Positions 1-13,044 of a stretch of DNA of 64,000 nt are shown here, in pieces. Position numbers and translations under genes: made by a program. Below the pieces are notes generated by a model. It was given only the letters and a program-made list of their open reading frames with translations, made no database searches and was not told where the DNA came from. The stretch is from Octopus sinensis. Lineage: Eukaryota. Position 1 is the stretch's first letter; every line of letters begins with the position of its first letter. The stretch lies in contig NC_043003.1 of the NCBI RefSeq assembly GCF_006345805.1, forward strand, positions 106,764,001 through 106,828,000. The letters run 5' to 3'.

Positions 1-722
1 TTGAACAACTGCTGTCATGTGTGGGACGAGTCGGTTTATCAGCCAAGTCTATCGTCAATATTGTCACGCCTCCTTCCTTCAAATGGGAAGGAAGAGCTAT
101 TTTCATCATCCTTGTGGCTATGGCTAAAGAATGTTTCTGGTGGACACGTCTGAAAGGATTGGAGACTAACACTATCTTCTCTGGTCAATCTCTCATCAAC
201 TTCTTCAAGTATCACTTGAAAAGTGAGAGTAGGGAGGCAAGTTTTGTCTAGCGAATGTTTTAAAAAAAGATGGGTGAATGTAGCAAGGATGGCACGTATG
301 AATGACGAAGCCACTTTGAGCATAATCCTATGAACCCAGGAATTGAAAACAGAGGGTTACCCACTTGCAAACAAATGTGGTAACATATAACAATATTGAC
401 CAAGGTTACCGTGGTCTTTTTCGTAGGCTTTTCTTCCCACGGATAAACCTTACTTGCTTTCCCCTTTACACCATATATCATAACACTGTGATACACGATC
501 CCTATTGATCGTTTTTTTTCCTCTTCCCCTTTTTTCCCCTTTTTTTCTTTTGTTCCTTTTCCTTTTCTTCTTTTTTTTCTTTTTATTTTTTTATTTTATA
601 TTTTATTTTTTTTTGTTTCTTTTGTATTTTGTTTTTTTCATCCCCCAAAAGAAAAACTCTACCTTGTTACTTGTCCCATCTGTGTGCAGCCCTGTGTGCA
701 GCCCTGTGTGGCCAATAAAGAA
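1..722 (+). mobile_element. Tx1/L1-clade LINE, 3' end (ORF2 C-terminus plus 3' UTR); runs off the window start
   Basis: Closely similar to 35166-35870. ORF2 remnant ends ...RMARMNDEATLSIIL* near 332, followed by a pyrimidine-rich UTR, AATAAA at 714-719 and then (TCTA)n. Confidence 0.9.
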
Positions 723-922
<200 letters not shown>

Positions 923-940
923 TATATGTGAAATTGACAT

Positions 941-1121
941 TTTCTTTTCCTTTGTTCCTTTTCCCGTTTTTCTTTTCCTTTTTTTTGTTCTTTTTTCCCT
1001 TTTAGGATCCCTTTTGATCGAAAACCTACGCCACCCTTTTTTTTTTTTCATCCCCCAAAAGAAAAGCTCTAACTTGTAACTTGTCCCATCTGTGTGCAGC
1101 CCTGTGTGGCCAATAAAGAAA

Positions 1122-1122
<1 letters not shown>
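941..1122 (+). mobile_element. Second, very short 3'-UTR copy of the Tx1-like LINE
   Basis: Contains GATCCCTTTTGATCGAAAACCTAC (present in the 35.7-kb copy, absent from the 1-722 copy), AATAAA at 1112-1117, then (TCTA)n. Confidence 0.85.
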
Positions 1123-1172
<50 letters not shown>

Positions 1173-1273
1173 CCTACCTACCTACTTACCTATCTATCTG
1201 TCTATCTATCTATCTATCTGTCTATCTGTCTACCTACCTACCTACCTACCTACCTACCTACTTACCTACCTAC

Positions 1274-1322
<49 letters not shown>

Positions 1323-1520
1323 AATATGGCTATTTATCTGTCTATATTTGTGTGCGTATGTGTGTGAGTGTGCACGTATCTGAAACAAAATAGATTCTTG
1401 TTGGACTCTTTTTCATAAAGCATACCGACATATTTACCAACCTACCTACCTACCTACCTACCTACCTACCAACCTACCTACCAACCTACCTATCTATCCA
1501 TCTATCATTCTATCAATCTA
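1123..1520. repeat. (TCTA)n/(TACC)n microsatellites
   Basis: Read directly from sequence. Confidence 0.9.
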
Positions 1521-1601
1521 TCCAAAAGCAGTTAGTTTGTCAATCTACCTATCTATCTGACTATCAATCTATCTTTAATATACAAGCACACACACATATA
1601 G

Positions 1602-1632
<31 letters not shown>

Positions 1633-1962
1633 GGTAAGCATTTAAAATATTCGCACACATAAACATATCCACATAAATATTTTGTTTCCTACTAATGTAC
1701 ATTAGAGTATGTATTTCATAAAAGACCTCTTGCAGCAATTTTAGGTTTCCTATAAATATCAATGCTGATACTCATATAAATATTGTGATATTGAACACAT
1801 ACGTGCACTGTTGCAAAGATGCAGCCAATATGATTATGTGGATTTGCATTAAAAATATTACTTTCCCTCCTAAATTTATATTTTGTATTTCAATGAGATA
1901 TCTTCTTCATTTTGAGAATAATAACTCATTGCTACGACTAACGTTTATTATTGGTGGTAGAT

Positions 1963-2152
1963 AGGTGGTATTTTGTCTGCCGCTACATTCTAAGTTCAAA
2001 TTCCGCCGAGGTCAACTTTGCCTTTCATCCTTTCGGGGTCGATTAAATAAGTACCAGTTATGCACTGGGGTTGATATAATCAACTTAATCCGTTTGTCTG
2101 TCCTTGTTTGTCCCCTCTGTGTTTAGCCCCTTGTGGGCAGTAAAGAAATAGG
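1963..2152 (+). mobile_element. tRNA-derived SINE family B, 5'-truncated
   Basis: B-box-like AAGTTCAAATTCC, core GCCTTTCATCCTTTCGGGGTCGA..AAGTACCAG, tail GTAAAGAAATAGGT; matches 13515, 28072 and 30768. Confidence 0.85.
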
Positions 2153-2159
2153 TAGATAG

Positions 2160-2600
2160 GTATGACTGTGTGGGAAAAAGTTTGCTTTCCAACCATCTGG
2201 ATTCAAGTTCAGTCTCACAGGGTGACATCTTGGGACAAGTATCTTTGTGTCTTCAGTGGTTAGAGCATTGGGCTTACAGATCAGGCCGTGTGTTGTGTTC
2301 TTGAGCAAGACACTTTATGTTGCTCCAGTTCACTCAGCTGCAGATATGAGTTGTGATGTCACTGGTGCCAGGCTGTATCGGCCCCTTTGCCCTTCCCTTG
2401 GATGACATCAGTGGTGTGGAGAAGGGAAGGCTGGTATGCATGGGCAACTGCTGGTCTGCCATAAACAACCTTACTCAGACTTGTGCCTTGGAGAGGAACT
2501 CTCTCGGTGCAATCGTATAGTTGCTCAACCCCAAGATGACCAAAGCCTTGTGAGTCAATTTGATAGACAAAAACTGAAAAAAGCCCAGCATACACACACA
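2160..2600 (+). mobile_element. Degenerate SINE family A 5' half, interrupted by an older tRNA-SINE (family J, about 2250-2520)
   Basis: A-like head at 2160-2250 resumes at about 2520 (GACCAAAGCCTTGTGAGT). The insert carries AGTGGTTAGAGCA and GTGTTCTTGAGCAAGACAC. Confidence 0.6.
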
Positions 2601-3149
2601 CACACACACACACATATACATGTTCTTTTATATAAATAAATGGAGGTTCCAAGAACAAACGGGGCCAAATTTCAATGGGAGCGAACTATGTAAGATTTTC
2701 TTGGCCAAAAGAGTGAGAATCTTGTAAAACTAATTTGATCCAGGTGTTCTTTACAAAATTCCAAAAAAGCGATGTTTAGTCAGTGCCCTAATCAGAAGAA
2801 ATTCATGTTAAAAACATGGAATTCCCTATTCACTGACTAGGGAAACGCTACCAGGCCTGGACATTTTAATCAGGCCTGTAGACACCTGATACCAGTCTTA
2901 CAGGGATTACTCCATCTTGCCTCAGGCTTCACCAGTAGAATTTTTTGTTTAGGAAATTAATTGACAATGACGTTTTCCTCCCTCCAGTTGTAGAGAGGTT
3001 ATGTGCCTCCAACCAATTGAGTCTGATGAGTCACCTATACAGCTAAGTGCTTTATAGGTGCAATACCAAAGGTCACTGTCTGACTGGCCATAACAAACGA
3101 CCATATATCAGTTTCCATGATTGACCACTAACTCAAGTTTTTTATTCTC

Positions 3150-3300
3150 TTTTTGTTTCTTTCCTCATGTTCCTTTCTGTTGAAGAGCAAAGGCTCGAAG
3201 CGTAAACTACTTTCTCACCTTCCTGAGCATCAAACTAATACACCTGCTTCTTGTTTATACACCTGTCTTTGTCTTTTGTTTTTCAGTAAATTTCAACAAT
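3150..3300 (+). mobile_element. Penelope-like terminal repeat family 2 with a degenerate hammerhead-like fold
   Basis: Homologous to the reverse complement of 27086-27240; CTTT CTGTTGA A GAGC AAAG GCTC GAAG CG TA at 3173-3204. Confidence 0.5.
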
Positions 3301-3324
3301 ATATATATATTTATATATATATAT

Positions 3325-3707
3325 CTGTAAATATGATATGTGACAATTATTCGGTAGCCATGATAAAACTCCGAGTTTCGGATGTCGGGGCAGAAACCCA
3401 TGCCAGAATCTCTTCAGTTATCCGGCCATCGGAAAAATACTATGAAAATGACCGTTAAGCAAAGGGAAATTACTATGTTATTGACTGTTATTAAGACAGA
3501 AGAGCTATTTAGTGGTCATTCGAATAGCTCTTTTCTCTTAATAACGGTCAACCACACAGTAATTTCCCTTTGTTTAACAGTCATTTACATAGCATTTTTC
3601 CAATGACCGGATAACTGAAGAGAAGGCAGCATGGATTTCCACCTCAGCATTCGAAACTTGGAGTTTTATCATGGCTACCGAATAATTGTCACATATTACA
3701 TTTACAG
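3325..3707. mobile_element. Palindromic (fold-back) MITE in (TA)n
   Basis: Arms of about 185 bp (3325-3509 and 3523-3707) around a 13-nt loop; termini CTGTAAAT...ATTTACAG flanked by TA runs. Confidence 0.8.
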
Positions 3708-3739
<32 letters not shown>

Positions 3740-3744
3740 CATCA

Positions 3745-3905
3745 TCATCATCATCATCATCATCATCATTTAACGTCTATCTTCCATACATGCATAGGTT
3801 GGATGGTTGACAAGAGTGGGACAGGTAGGAAAACTACCTCCAGGCTACTGGGTCTGTTTTGGCAGGGATTTTACGGCTGGATGCCATTCCTAACACCAAC
3901 CACTC
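3745..3905 (-). mobile_element. RTE-tail family C, 3' fragment
   Basis: (CAT)n, TTTAACGTCT, then GGCTGGATGCCATTCCTAACACCAACCACTC, the reverse complement of the family C tail. Confidence 0.75.
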
Positions 3906-4487
3906 TGTCTGACCAAGAGGAAATATTACCTTGCTTGGAAACAGGTGAGGATTGGCAACAAGAAGGATATCAGGCCAAAGGTAAAAATTTGCCTCAGCAA
4001 AATTCTATCTGACCCATGCATGGAAAAGTGGACAGTAAAATGAAAATGATGATGATGATGAAAAATTTTTTGTGAGTTTAAATCTATAACTGGAATCAGG
4101 TATGGAAGGCAGAATGGTATTTGGAGACAATGACCAGAAGAGAGTAAAAGCAAAAGAGATTAAGTTGTCTGACTTTGAGGTGATGGTGAGAGTGGTGGTG
4201 GAAGGTGGGGGGTGAGGTAGTGATTGGAAAGAAAACATATTTGTGTTTGTGGGTGGGACTGGGTATGGGGTGGGGGTGCTCAGCATCATGTGTTGGGCAG
4301 TCAAAGTATCAGAAAAGTATGGTGGTTACTGGTGTGGGAGTGGGGTGGGGACTGGGTGGCAAGTGGATACTGGTATGCAGGAAGTTGTTAATCTGAAAAA
4401 CATATGTTAGTCGGCTTGTGGAAGGGGAGAACAACTGCAGACATATGGACGTGTATATATATATGTATATATATATATATATGTATG

Positions 4488-4561
<74 letters not shown>

Positions 4562-4574
4562 GTATATAATGTAA

Positions 4575-4618
<44 letters not shown>

Positions 4619-4811
4619 CTTATGGTTGTACAACAAGGTAAGCAAAAAACACATACATGAATTCACATACGCAAACACATGCCTACACACACACATATTC
4701 AAGCATGCATACATACTTATATGTCTATACATACGAATCCTTAATTATCTAACAAGAGAAGAGAGAAAAGAAAAGAAAGGAAAGGAGGCAAAGGAAGGAA
4801 GAGAGAGAGAG

Positions 4812-5275
4812 TGATACCTGTGCCGGTGGCACATAAAAAGCACCATCCAAACGTGGCCGATGCCAGCACCGCCTCAACTGGCTTCTGTGCCGGTGACACA
4901 TAAAAAGCACTATCTGAATGTGGCCGATGCCAGCGCTGCCTTGGCTGGCTTCCGTGCCGGTGGCACATTAAAAGCACTATCCGAATGTGGCCGATACCAG
5001 CGCTGCCTTGGCTGGCTTCCGTGCCGGTGGCACATTAAAAGCACCAACCAATCGTGGACGATGCCAGACTCCCTGGCACCTGTGCCGGTGGCACGTATAA
5101 AGCACCCACTACACTTGCGGAATGGTTGGCATTAGGAAGGGCATCCAGCTGTAGAAACACTGCCAGATCAGACTGGAGCCTGGTGCAGCCCCTGGCTTCC
5201 CAGACCCCGGTCAAACCATCCAACCTGTGCTAGCGCGGAAAACCGACATTAAACGATGATGATGATGATGATGAA
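4812..5275 (+). mobile_element. RTE-tail family C with four to five tandem 67-bp modules
   Basis: Modules start at 4818, 4885, 4952, 5019 and 5080 (GTGCCGGTGGCAC..AAAAGCAC), followed by GGAAGGGCATCCAGCTGTAGAAAC...TTAAACGATGATG. Confidence 0.85.
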
Positions 5276-5288
5276 ATATGTATGTATT

Positions 5289-5498
5289 TGTGTGTCTGAG
5301 TTTGTCCCACCAGCATTGCTTGATGGCTGATGTTGGTGTGTTTACGTCCCCATAACCTAATGGTCCAGCAAAAGAGAGTAATAGAATAAATTCGGAGCTT
5401 ACAAAGAATAAGTCCTGGGGTTGATTTGTTCAACTAAAGGCAGTGCTCCAGCATGGCCACAGTCAAATTACTGAAACAAGTAAAAGAATAAAAGAATG
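5289..5498 (+). mobile_element. SINE family A, 3' half
   Basis: AGCATTGCTTGA...GCTCCAGCATGGCCACAGTCAAAT.ACTGAAACAAGTAAAAGA. Confidence 0.85.
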
Positions 5499-5586
5499 AG
5501 TAGGGATTAATCTTACCTTGTCAAAGAAATAAGGAATGGACAGAAATTCATTTATAAATGTCTGAGCGTTTATTTAGGAAAATGAT

Positions 5587-5746
5587 GCAGGAGTGGCCGT
5601 GGGGTAAGAAGCTTGCTTCCCAACCACATGGTTCCGGGTTCAGTCCCACTGTGTGGCAACTTGGGCATGTGTCTTCTACTGTAGCCTCGGGCCAACCAAA
5701 GCCTTGAGAGTGAATTTGATAGACGGAAACTGAAAGAAGCCCGTCA

Positions 5747-5747
<1 letters not shown>
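5587..5747 (+). mobile_element. SINE family A, 5' half
   Basis: tRNA-like head GGAGTGGCCGTGGGGTAAG...GGGTTCAGTCCC. Other partial A copies lie at about 9262-9420(+), 17660-17860(+), 27295-27450(-), 28660-28850(-), 29605-29765(-), 31715-31865(-), 38870-39016(+) and 40440-40605(-). Confidence 0.85.
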
Positions 5748-5810
<63 letters not shown>

Positions 5811-6749
5811 TAGATAGATAATAGATATAGATATAGATATCTGAGACCCCCTTCAGTCATGACACAGACCATGGGATTGCACCTAGAAAGTTACCCTCCC
5901 AGGCACAAGTCCGGGCAAAGTCTACAGTAGGGGACACTTGCTCAAGGTTTGGAAGCAAGCTTCTTACCACACAGCTACGCTTTGTATTTGGAGCATACTG
6001 TATAGAATTTATTATACCAAGAGTTGTAGACTTCCAAATCAACCATCAACACACATATTCATGTAAGAATATGGATTAGGCTTATCTTAAACTTGGACCC
6101 TAGTTTCACCAGAAAGATCACAAGAAACGTGTTGAATTTAGCTTCTAAGTATATTGACATTCATTGGAAAAATACCAGGGAGTTATAGTAAGAAATTCAC
6201 AACATGGAAAAGCTATCAATTTATGAAAATGTTCTCAGCTATCTCTGTGTCGTGGGATATTGGAAGATACGAAATCATCTGATGCGAAAAAGCTTCTAAT
6301 TCATATCATGGTTAACGAGAAGCTTCTAAAATCGTCTCATATCTTTGCATAGATTTCAGCACAGAGAAAACGGCTTGGAATCAAATTGAAAACAGAATCA
6401 AATTTAAATTCAAATCTAGATGGGAAATTTCTTTTTCGGATGTTGATTTGTGATTCTACAACATGTTTGAGTGTATTGGTTGGCATCAGGCGCAAGTATG
6501 TCTTTCACCATTGCGTCGAGTTAGCTTAAATGTTGCAAATGAAATTTTGTAGGAAGAAAAAGAAAACAAAACGAACTGCTTGGATTCTTGTATTGCGTCA
6601 CACCGACTCAACCTGAGAATTTTGGAACAATTTTCGAATGGTACACATGCTAGTGGAATATTCAGCTACTTATGGGTTGATTCAATGGGTGAGCTGTTCC
6701 ATTAGGATGATCAGTTGGAGCAGTTACGGTCAAAAGCAACAGAGATCCC

Positions 6750-6785
<36 letters not shown>

Positions 6786-7110
6786 GTGTGAATGTGTGTG
6801 AATGTGTGTGAATGTGTGTGTGTGTGAATGTGTGTGTGTGTATAACGATACATATATATATACATATATATGTATATATATGTATATATATGTATATATA
6901 TGTATATATATGTGTATATACACACACATATATATATATATATATACATACATACATACATATATATACATGTACACAGAAACACATACATATGCACAAC
7001 ATATATGTATATTTGCAAATATATACATATATATATATACATGCATTTATATATATATGTATATATACATATATACATATATACATATATATATATATAT
7101 ACATATATAC

Positions 7111-7183
<73 letters not shown>

Positions 7184-7359
7184 GATACATACATTTATAT
7201 ATATATATATATATATATATGTGCATGCATGCATATATATATATGTTTATTTATTTATATACACACACATATATTTTGCTTTCTTTCTCTTTCTGACTCT
7301 CTGAAAGAGAGCACAGACATGTGTATTCATGCATGTGTGTGTGCGTGCGTGTGTGCCTC

Positions 7360-7400
<41 letters not shown>
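6750..7400. repeat. (TG)n/(TA)n/(TACA)n low-complexity tract
   Basis: Read directly from sequence; source of the poly-YI ORFs. Confidence 0.95.
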
Positions 7401-7402
<2 letters not shown>

Positions 7403-7861
7403 ACGTGCTTGCCTGTTTTCAGTGTTTTTGTGTGTTTGTTTTGTTGTCTGAGTGGATATTTTAAATTGCAGGAAACTATTATTATTAATTAACGAGGAAA
7501 GTAATCGTGTCCCCAGTTAATTTCCTTCACATCCTCTCGCAGATTGTTTGGTTAGATACATTAATAGCAGGGTACGGGTAGGTTGGGGGGTGTAGGTAGG
7601 TGGGTGGTTAAGCATGGTAGGTGGGGTGGTGGGGTGGAGGGGAGTAGGTGTTATGTAAATACGACATAAACCAAGAAAGGAAAAAGTAAATATGATGGCA
7701 ATCCCGATAAAATGGAAAGGCTCAGCTAGAACCGAGTTTCGTTTGTTTGTTTTCTTTTATTTGTTTTAATTTATCTATTTTATTTATTTTAAGTATTTAT
7801 TTATTTATTTAATTTAGTTATTTTTGCTTTCAATTGTGATTTCATCAATGTTGGTACTGTG

Positions 7862-7957
<96 letters not shown>

Positions 7958-8760
7958 TGATGATGATGATGATGTTGATGATGATTATGGTGGTGATGAT
8001 GATGATGATGATTATGGTGGTGATGATGATGATGTTGATGATGATGTTGATGATGGTGATGATGATGATGATGATGATGATGAGGAGGAGGAGGAGGAGG
8101 AGGAAGGTGTTGATGATAATCAGGATGGTAAAGGGGAGGAGGAAGAGAAGGAAGAAGAAAAGGAAGAAGAGAAGGAAGAAGAGAAGGAGGTGAGGAAGAT
8201 TATGAATGAAGATAATGGCAGTGGCATTGGTGGTGGTGGTGGTGCTGGTGGTGGTGATGAAAATGTTGTTGCTGGTGTTGACAATGATGAGGATGATGCT
8301 GATGATGACAAGAGTGAGGGGTGGGTTTGATGTTGTTGTTGGAGATGTCAGTTGTGACCTGGGTTGTGATGAGACTAACAGGATAAGGATCAAAATCAGG
8401 TCCATTATTTTAACAGGATGAAAACAATTATCATCATCACCATCAGCAACACCACCACCATCATTTCAGCATCATATTCATCACCATTATCATCACCATC
8501 ACCACCACCACCAATGACAACAATAACAACAACAACAATAACATCGTCATCATCATCATCATTATCAATATCATGGTTGCCACAATCATGAAGGTTATAT
8601 CAATTGTACTGATGATGATGATGATGATGGTGATAATGACAATCATGATGATGATGATGATGATGATGATAATGACGATGATGATGACGATGACGATATG
8701 ACGATGATGATAATAATGATGATGATAATGATGATGATGTATTAGTTTCTCTATATTTAT
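7862..8760. repeat. (GAT)n/(GAC)n/(GAG)n/(CAT)n trinucleotide low-complexity tracts
   Basis: Read directly from sequence. Confidence 0.9.
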
Positions 8761-8964
8761 TTGTGTTTTTGTTGTTGTTGTTGCTTAGCCCCAGGTCAGC
8801 TCTGGTCAAGCAGATTTAGGCTCAGTAGTATTCCAGCAATGACCATCCCTTCTTATATTTCAGGCAATCTATCCAGAGCCACATCAATCAGTTGTGTCTT
8901 TCTTTTTTCATTACAGTGTAGTATGGTTTGAGAGCAATTTGACTATCATTTCAAGCAAATCAAT

Positions 8965-9135
8965 TACTCTGTCAAACGTAATGCTCATTTATCCATGTTG
9001 TTTTCAATTAATCCTGGATTATCTCATAGCTTTGAGATTTTGATGATGTGATTATTTATTTTCCAAATGACATTGTAGGATAGCTGTGAGAAGCCAGATC
9101 TGGCCATATGGCTGCTTTAAATGTTAAAGGGTTAT
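8965..9135 (-). mobile_element. piggyBac-like MITE family H, partial
   Basis: Ends AAATGTTAAAGGGTTA; internal sequence is the reverse complement of 31307-31527. Confidence 0.55.
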
Positions 9136-9448
9136 ACTTGAAGAACTGGTGTTTGACTAGAAACCACTTTCAAATAAAGGGGCCAAGAAGGTGTTAGATG
9201 CCAAGAATAAATGTTGTGTATTAAGGGAATGATTCATAACACTTGGCCAAATGTTACACTTAACGACTGTGTGGTTAAGAGGTTTGCTTTCTAAATCACA
9301 TGGTTCCAGGTTTAGTCCCATTAGGTGACACTTTGAGCAAGTTCCTTTTATTATAGCCACAGGCCAACCAAAGACTTGTAAGTGGATTTGGTAAATAGAA
9401 CCTGAAAGAAGCCGATTGTATGCATACATACACACACATATTAATATC

Positions 9449-9497
<49 letters not shown>

Positions 9498-9819
9498 GAA
9501 ATATGTTCCAAAAAGAAAATAGAAACTAAATGTGGAAAAGATATGGGGAAAGTAAGAAGAAAAAAAGCCAATATGCACATTGAATATCAAAAAAATAAAG
9601 GTTTTTTTATGAAAAGTAGCAATAAATAAATACAATTAGATGAACTGATGTACAATTAAAAGGAATTAAATTCATTATTTTGAATAATTAAAGAGATTCA
9701 AAGTCAAACCGGTATTGTCCTTGCTGTTCACTGGCTTTGAATATATATATATGAATTCTATAATTATAAGCATAATTATAATTAGGGTTCAGCAAAACTC
9801 AGACGTAGGGTTCATTGAA

Positions 9820-10255
9820 ACTCCGACGTCTGGCAGCTGACTTGGCAGACACCCATAAAATTATTAACCATCGCACAAACAATAACTCTGAGCACCTTTT
9901 CAAACTCCACCCGTCTAACACCCGTGGACATATTTACAAAGTCAGAAAACAGCACAGCTCCCATGACTTTCGGAAACACATTTTCTCACGCTAAGAGTTG
10001 CTGAAGCATGGAACAAACTGCCAACATCAGTTGTTAGTTGTCGGAGCACTGCATCCTTCAAAACTTCCATGCTTCCTGAGATTCGCCAACACTACACCTG
10101 ATTTTCTCCCCTCCATACACACACAAGCATGTATCTGACTCATACACCGTTCACTTTCCAGACATTTGTACATTACTGCATATACTTTACACGCACTTTT
10201 TGACAAGTTGTGGTGCACCTGAGCACTGTATACAATAATTTCATAATTATTATTA
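9820..10255 (+). mobile_element. CR1-clade LINE 3' fragment
   Basis: Translates (with a frameshift) as RRLAADLADTHKIIN...SNTRGHIYKV...LRVAEAWNKLPTSVVSCRSTASFK, the typical CR1 ORF2 C-terminus; ends in (ATT)n. Confidence 0.85.
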
Positions 10256-10403
10256 AAATTTGCTGAACCTAATTATAATTATGCTTATAATTATAGAATT
10301 TTTGTATAAGGTTACCTATAATGGTTCTTTTAACATACCGGACTACATGGTAAAATTATTAATTATTAATTGATTAATTAATTTTACCCTTTATATATAT
10401 ATA

Positions 10404-10445
<42 letters not shown>

Positions 10446-10449
10446 TATA

Positions 10450-10485
<36 letters not shown>

Positions 10486-10784
10486 TGTATATATTATGTG
10501 TTTGGTGGTGGTGGTGGTGGTGGTGGTGGTGGTGGTGGTGGTGGTGGGGCTTGTTGTGCCACCTTGGCTTAACTTCATGCGATAGTTTTAAATGAATGTT
10601 ATTGTCATGCCAGCTGTGTCCTTCATTTCCTGCCTTCTGTGAAAGCAATGTCTGGCCAAGGGGAAATACTGTCATACTTGGAAACAGAAGGTTGGCAAGG
10701 GCATCCAAGCATAAGGAAATTTGCAGTAAATAAGCTCCATCCAATCCCTGCTAGCAAAAGAAAGTGGACAATAAATGATATCAT

Positions 10785-11380
10785 CATCATCATCATCGTT
10801 TAACGTCCGCTTTCCATGCTGTCATGGGTTGGATGGTTTGACTGAGGACTGGCAAGCCAGAAGGCTGCACCAGGCTCCAATCTGATCTGGCAAGGTTTCT
10901 ACAACTGGATGCCCTTCGTAATGCCAACCACTCTGAGAGTTTAATGGGTGCTTTTACGTTCCACCAGCACAGGAGGCCAGTCAGGGCAGCACTGGCATTG
11001 ATCCATGCATGAATGGTGCTTATTATGTGCCACCAGCATGGCTGCCAGTCTGGCGGCACTGGAATCGGCCACAGCTACAATTTCCATTTTTGATTGTGAT
11101 TTGATTTTTGATTTTACTTGACTCAATAGGTCTTCTCAAACACAGTATTTTGCCCAATCATTCAAGGATACTTTTTAACGGGCTGGTTATGCAACACTGG
11201 CATCAGTCATGGCTGTGATCTCACTTTACTTGCCAGGTCATTGGCCACGATTTGATTTCACTTGACTCAACAGGTATTCTCAAGCACAGCATATTGCCCG
11301 ACGATTCAAAGGTACTTTAAATGGGTTAGTTATGTGACACTGGTATCAGCCATGGCTGTGATCTCACTTTACTTGCCATG
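10785..11380 (-). mobile_element. RTE-tail family C with a duplicated upstream module of about 140 bp
   Basis: Reverse-complement tail at 10785-10960; 11105-11240 is repeated at 11250-11378. Confidence 0.75.
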
Positions 11381-12550
11381 CAACATCTTTATCCTGTATT
11401 GTATGGACTCTTAAAAAGAGGAGCATGGACAACCCGTAAATAAATTGGAACAACATAACTAAGTCCAACAAAAAAATAAAGAAAAAACAAAGCAGATGCA
11501 GAAAACTTAAACAACATAACATCGTGAGTGAACATTTTAAATATTCAGGAAGAAACCTTCTCCCCTAGACTACTTTGGAATTTCAAGCATGATGCTTCCA
11601 CCCACCTTTCCACCCATCCAGCCTTCATAAAGTTTTGGATATTGGCTATATGCACACCATGTATTACAGACGTATACTCAATGCAACTCATGGCAGAATT
11701 CTAAGCTGCATAGATGTGTATAACATACACATAACACATTTTCATAAATCACACAATTCACAAAATACTTTATTTCACTTCCAAATAATTTTATGAACTT
11801 AGAACTTCATGGACTAATTTACATAACTGATATGATGCTCATACTCAAACATCAACTAAATAGCAATTAAGAAATTCCTATAAGTCACCTCCCCTGATCT
11901 CTGTATTCATTTTGAATTCCTGTATATTCTTGTCTATTCTCATCCAAAATGAAGGCAATTATGGTGTTCTGAAGGGGATTGCTTGAAGATTGTGGAAATC
12001 CTTCTGCATGAAACCATTGGTAGTATTGTTAATTCACAAATAAAGGATATTTATCATTTTCACTGTTTGGTACTATAGCATGAGTGTGCGCGTGTTTGTG
12101 TGTGTGTGTGTGTGTGTCGGTCTGTCTGTCTGTCTGTGTGACTGTGTGTTTGTGTGTGAGTATGTAAATCTCCATTAATTCACTAAAAGCAATAAATTAC
12201 CGGACTCAATACACAAGTGTAAAGTATTCTTTGATATATTATAATTTTAAAGCTCCTAATTCCAATACTCTGAGTTACCCTGCTTTTCTATCTTTCAGCT
12301 GGTAACCCAAGCCTGTTTTTCATTTTTTTAAATCTGTTTTAATATATTTTAAAAATATTATATAAAAGCATTGAAGAAAATGCTTATATTTTGACTCTTA
12401 AAAAAGATAAAATGAAAATACAAGCAACAAACGCAGAAACAAACATTTTACATTTTATTTCTGACTGTTATGGGAATATTCCAAACATCTTAAATTTCAT
12501 ACGAGTGAGGTTTCTCTAATAACTTCCTACATGAAATTGCTTTGTGTTCA

Positions 12551-12938
12551 CAGGAGTGGCTGTGTGGTAAGTAACTTGCTAACCAACCACATGGTTCTGG
12601 GTTCAGTCCTACTGCGTGGCATCTTGGGCAAGTGTCTTCTGCTATAGCCCCGGGCCGACCAAAGCCTTGTGAGTGGATTTGGTAGACGGAAACTGAAAGA
12701 AGCCTGTCGTATATATGTATATATGTGTGTATGTGTATGTGTTTGTCCCCCTAGCATTGCTTGACAACTGATGCTGGTGTGTTTACGTCCCTGTCACTTA
12801 GCGGTTCGGCAAAAGAGACTGATAGAATAAGTACTGGTCTTACAAAGAATAAGTCCCGGGGTTGATTTACTCAACTAAAGGTGGTGCTCCAGCATGGCCG
12901 CAGTCAAATGACTGAAACAAGTAAAAGAGTAAAAGAGT
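12551..12938 (+). mobile_element. SINE family A, full length
   Basis: A-box TGGCTGTGTGG, B-box GGGTTCAGTCC, internal TA/TG microsatellite, tail (GTAAAAGA)n. Confidence 0.9.
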
Positions 12939-13044
12939 ATATATATACATATTTTTTTTGTTTTAATTTTATTTTATCTAGTTTCAGCTCACGAGCTGTG
13001 GCCATGCTGGGGCACCGCCATTAGAGGTTTTATATTACATATAC

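Noticed and set aside
3023-3065. CTGATGAG followed by a CACCTATA/TATAGGTG hairpin (hammerhead-like)
   Set aside because: No GAAA after the stem and no stem I/III partners.
4180-4360. G-rich tract (also 7575-7650) as a G-quadruplex or telomere-like element
   Set aside because: Irregular low-complexity GGT/GGG runs, no TTAGGG array and no supporting context.
4818-5100. CRISPR-like periodic array
   Set aside because: The whole 67-bp unit repeats with no unique spacers, the context is eukaryotic, and it belongs to the family C retroelement.
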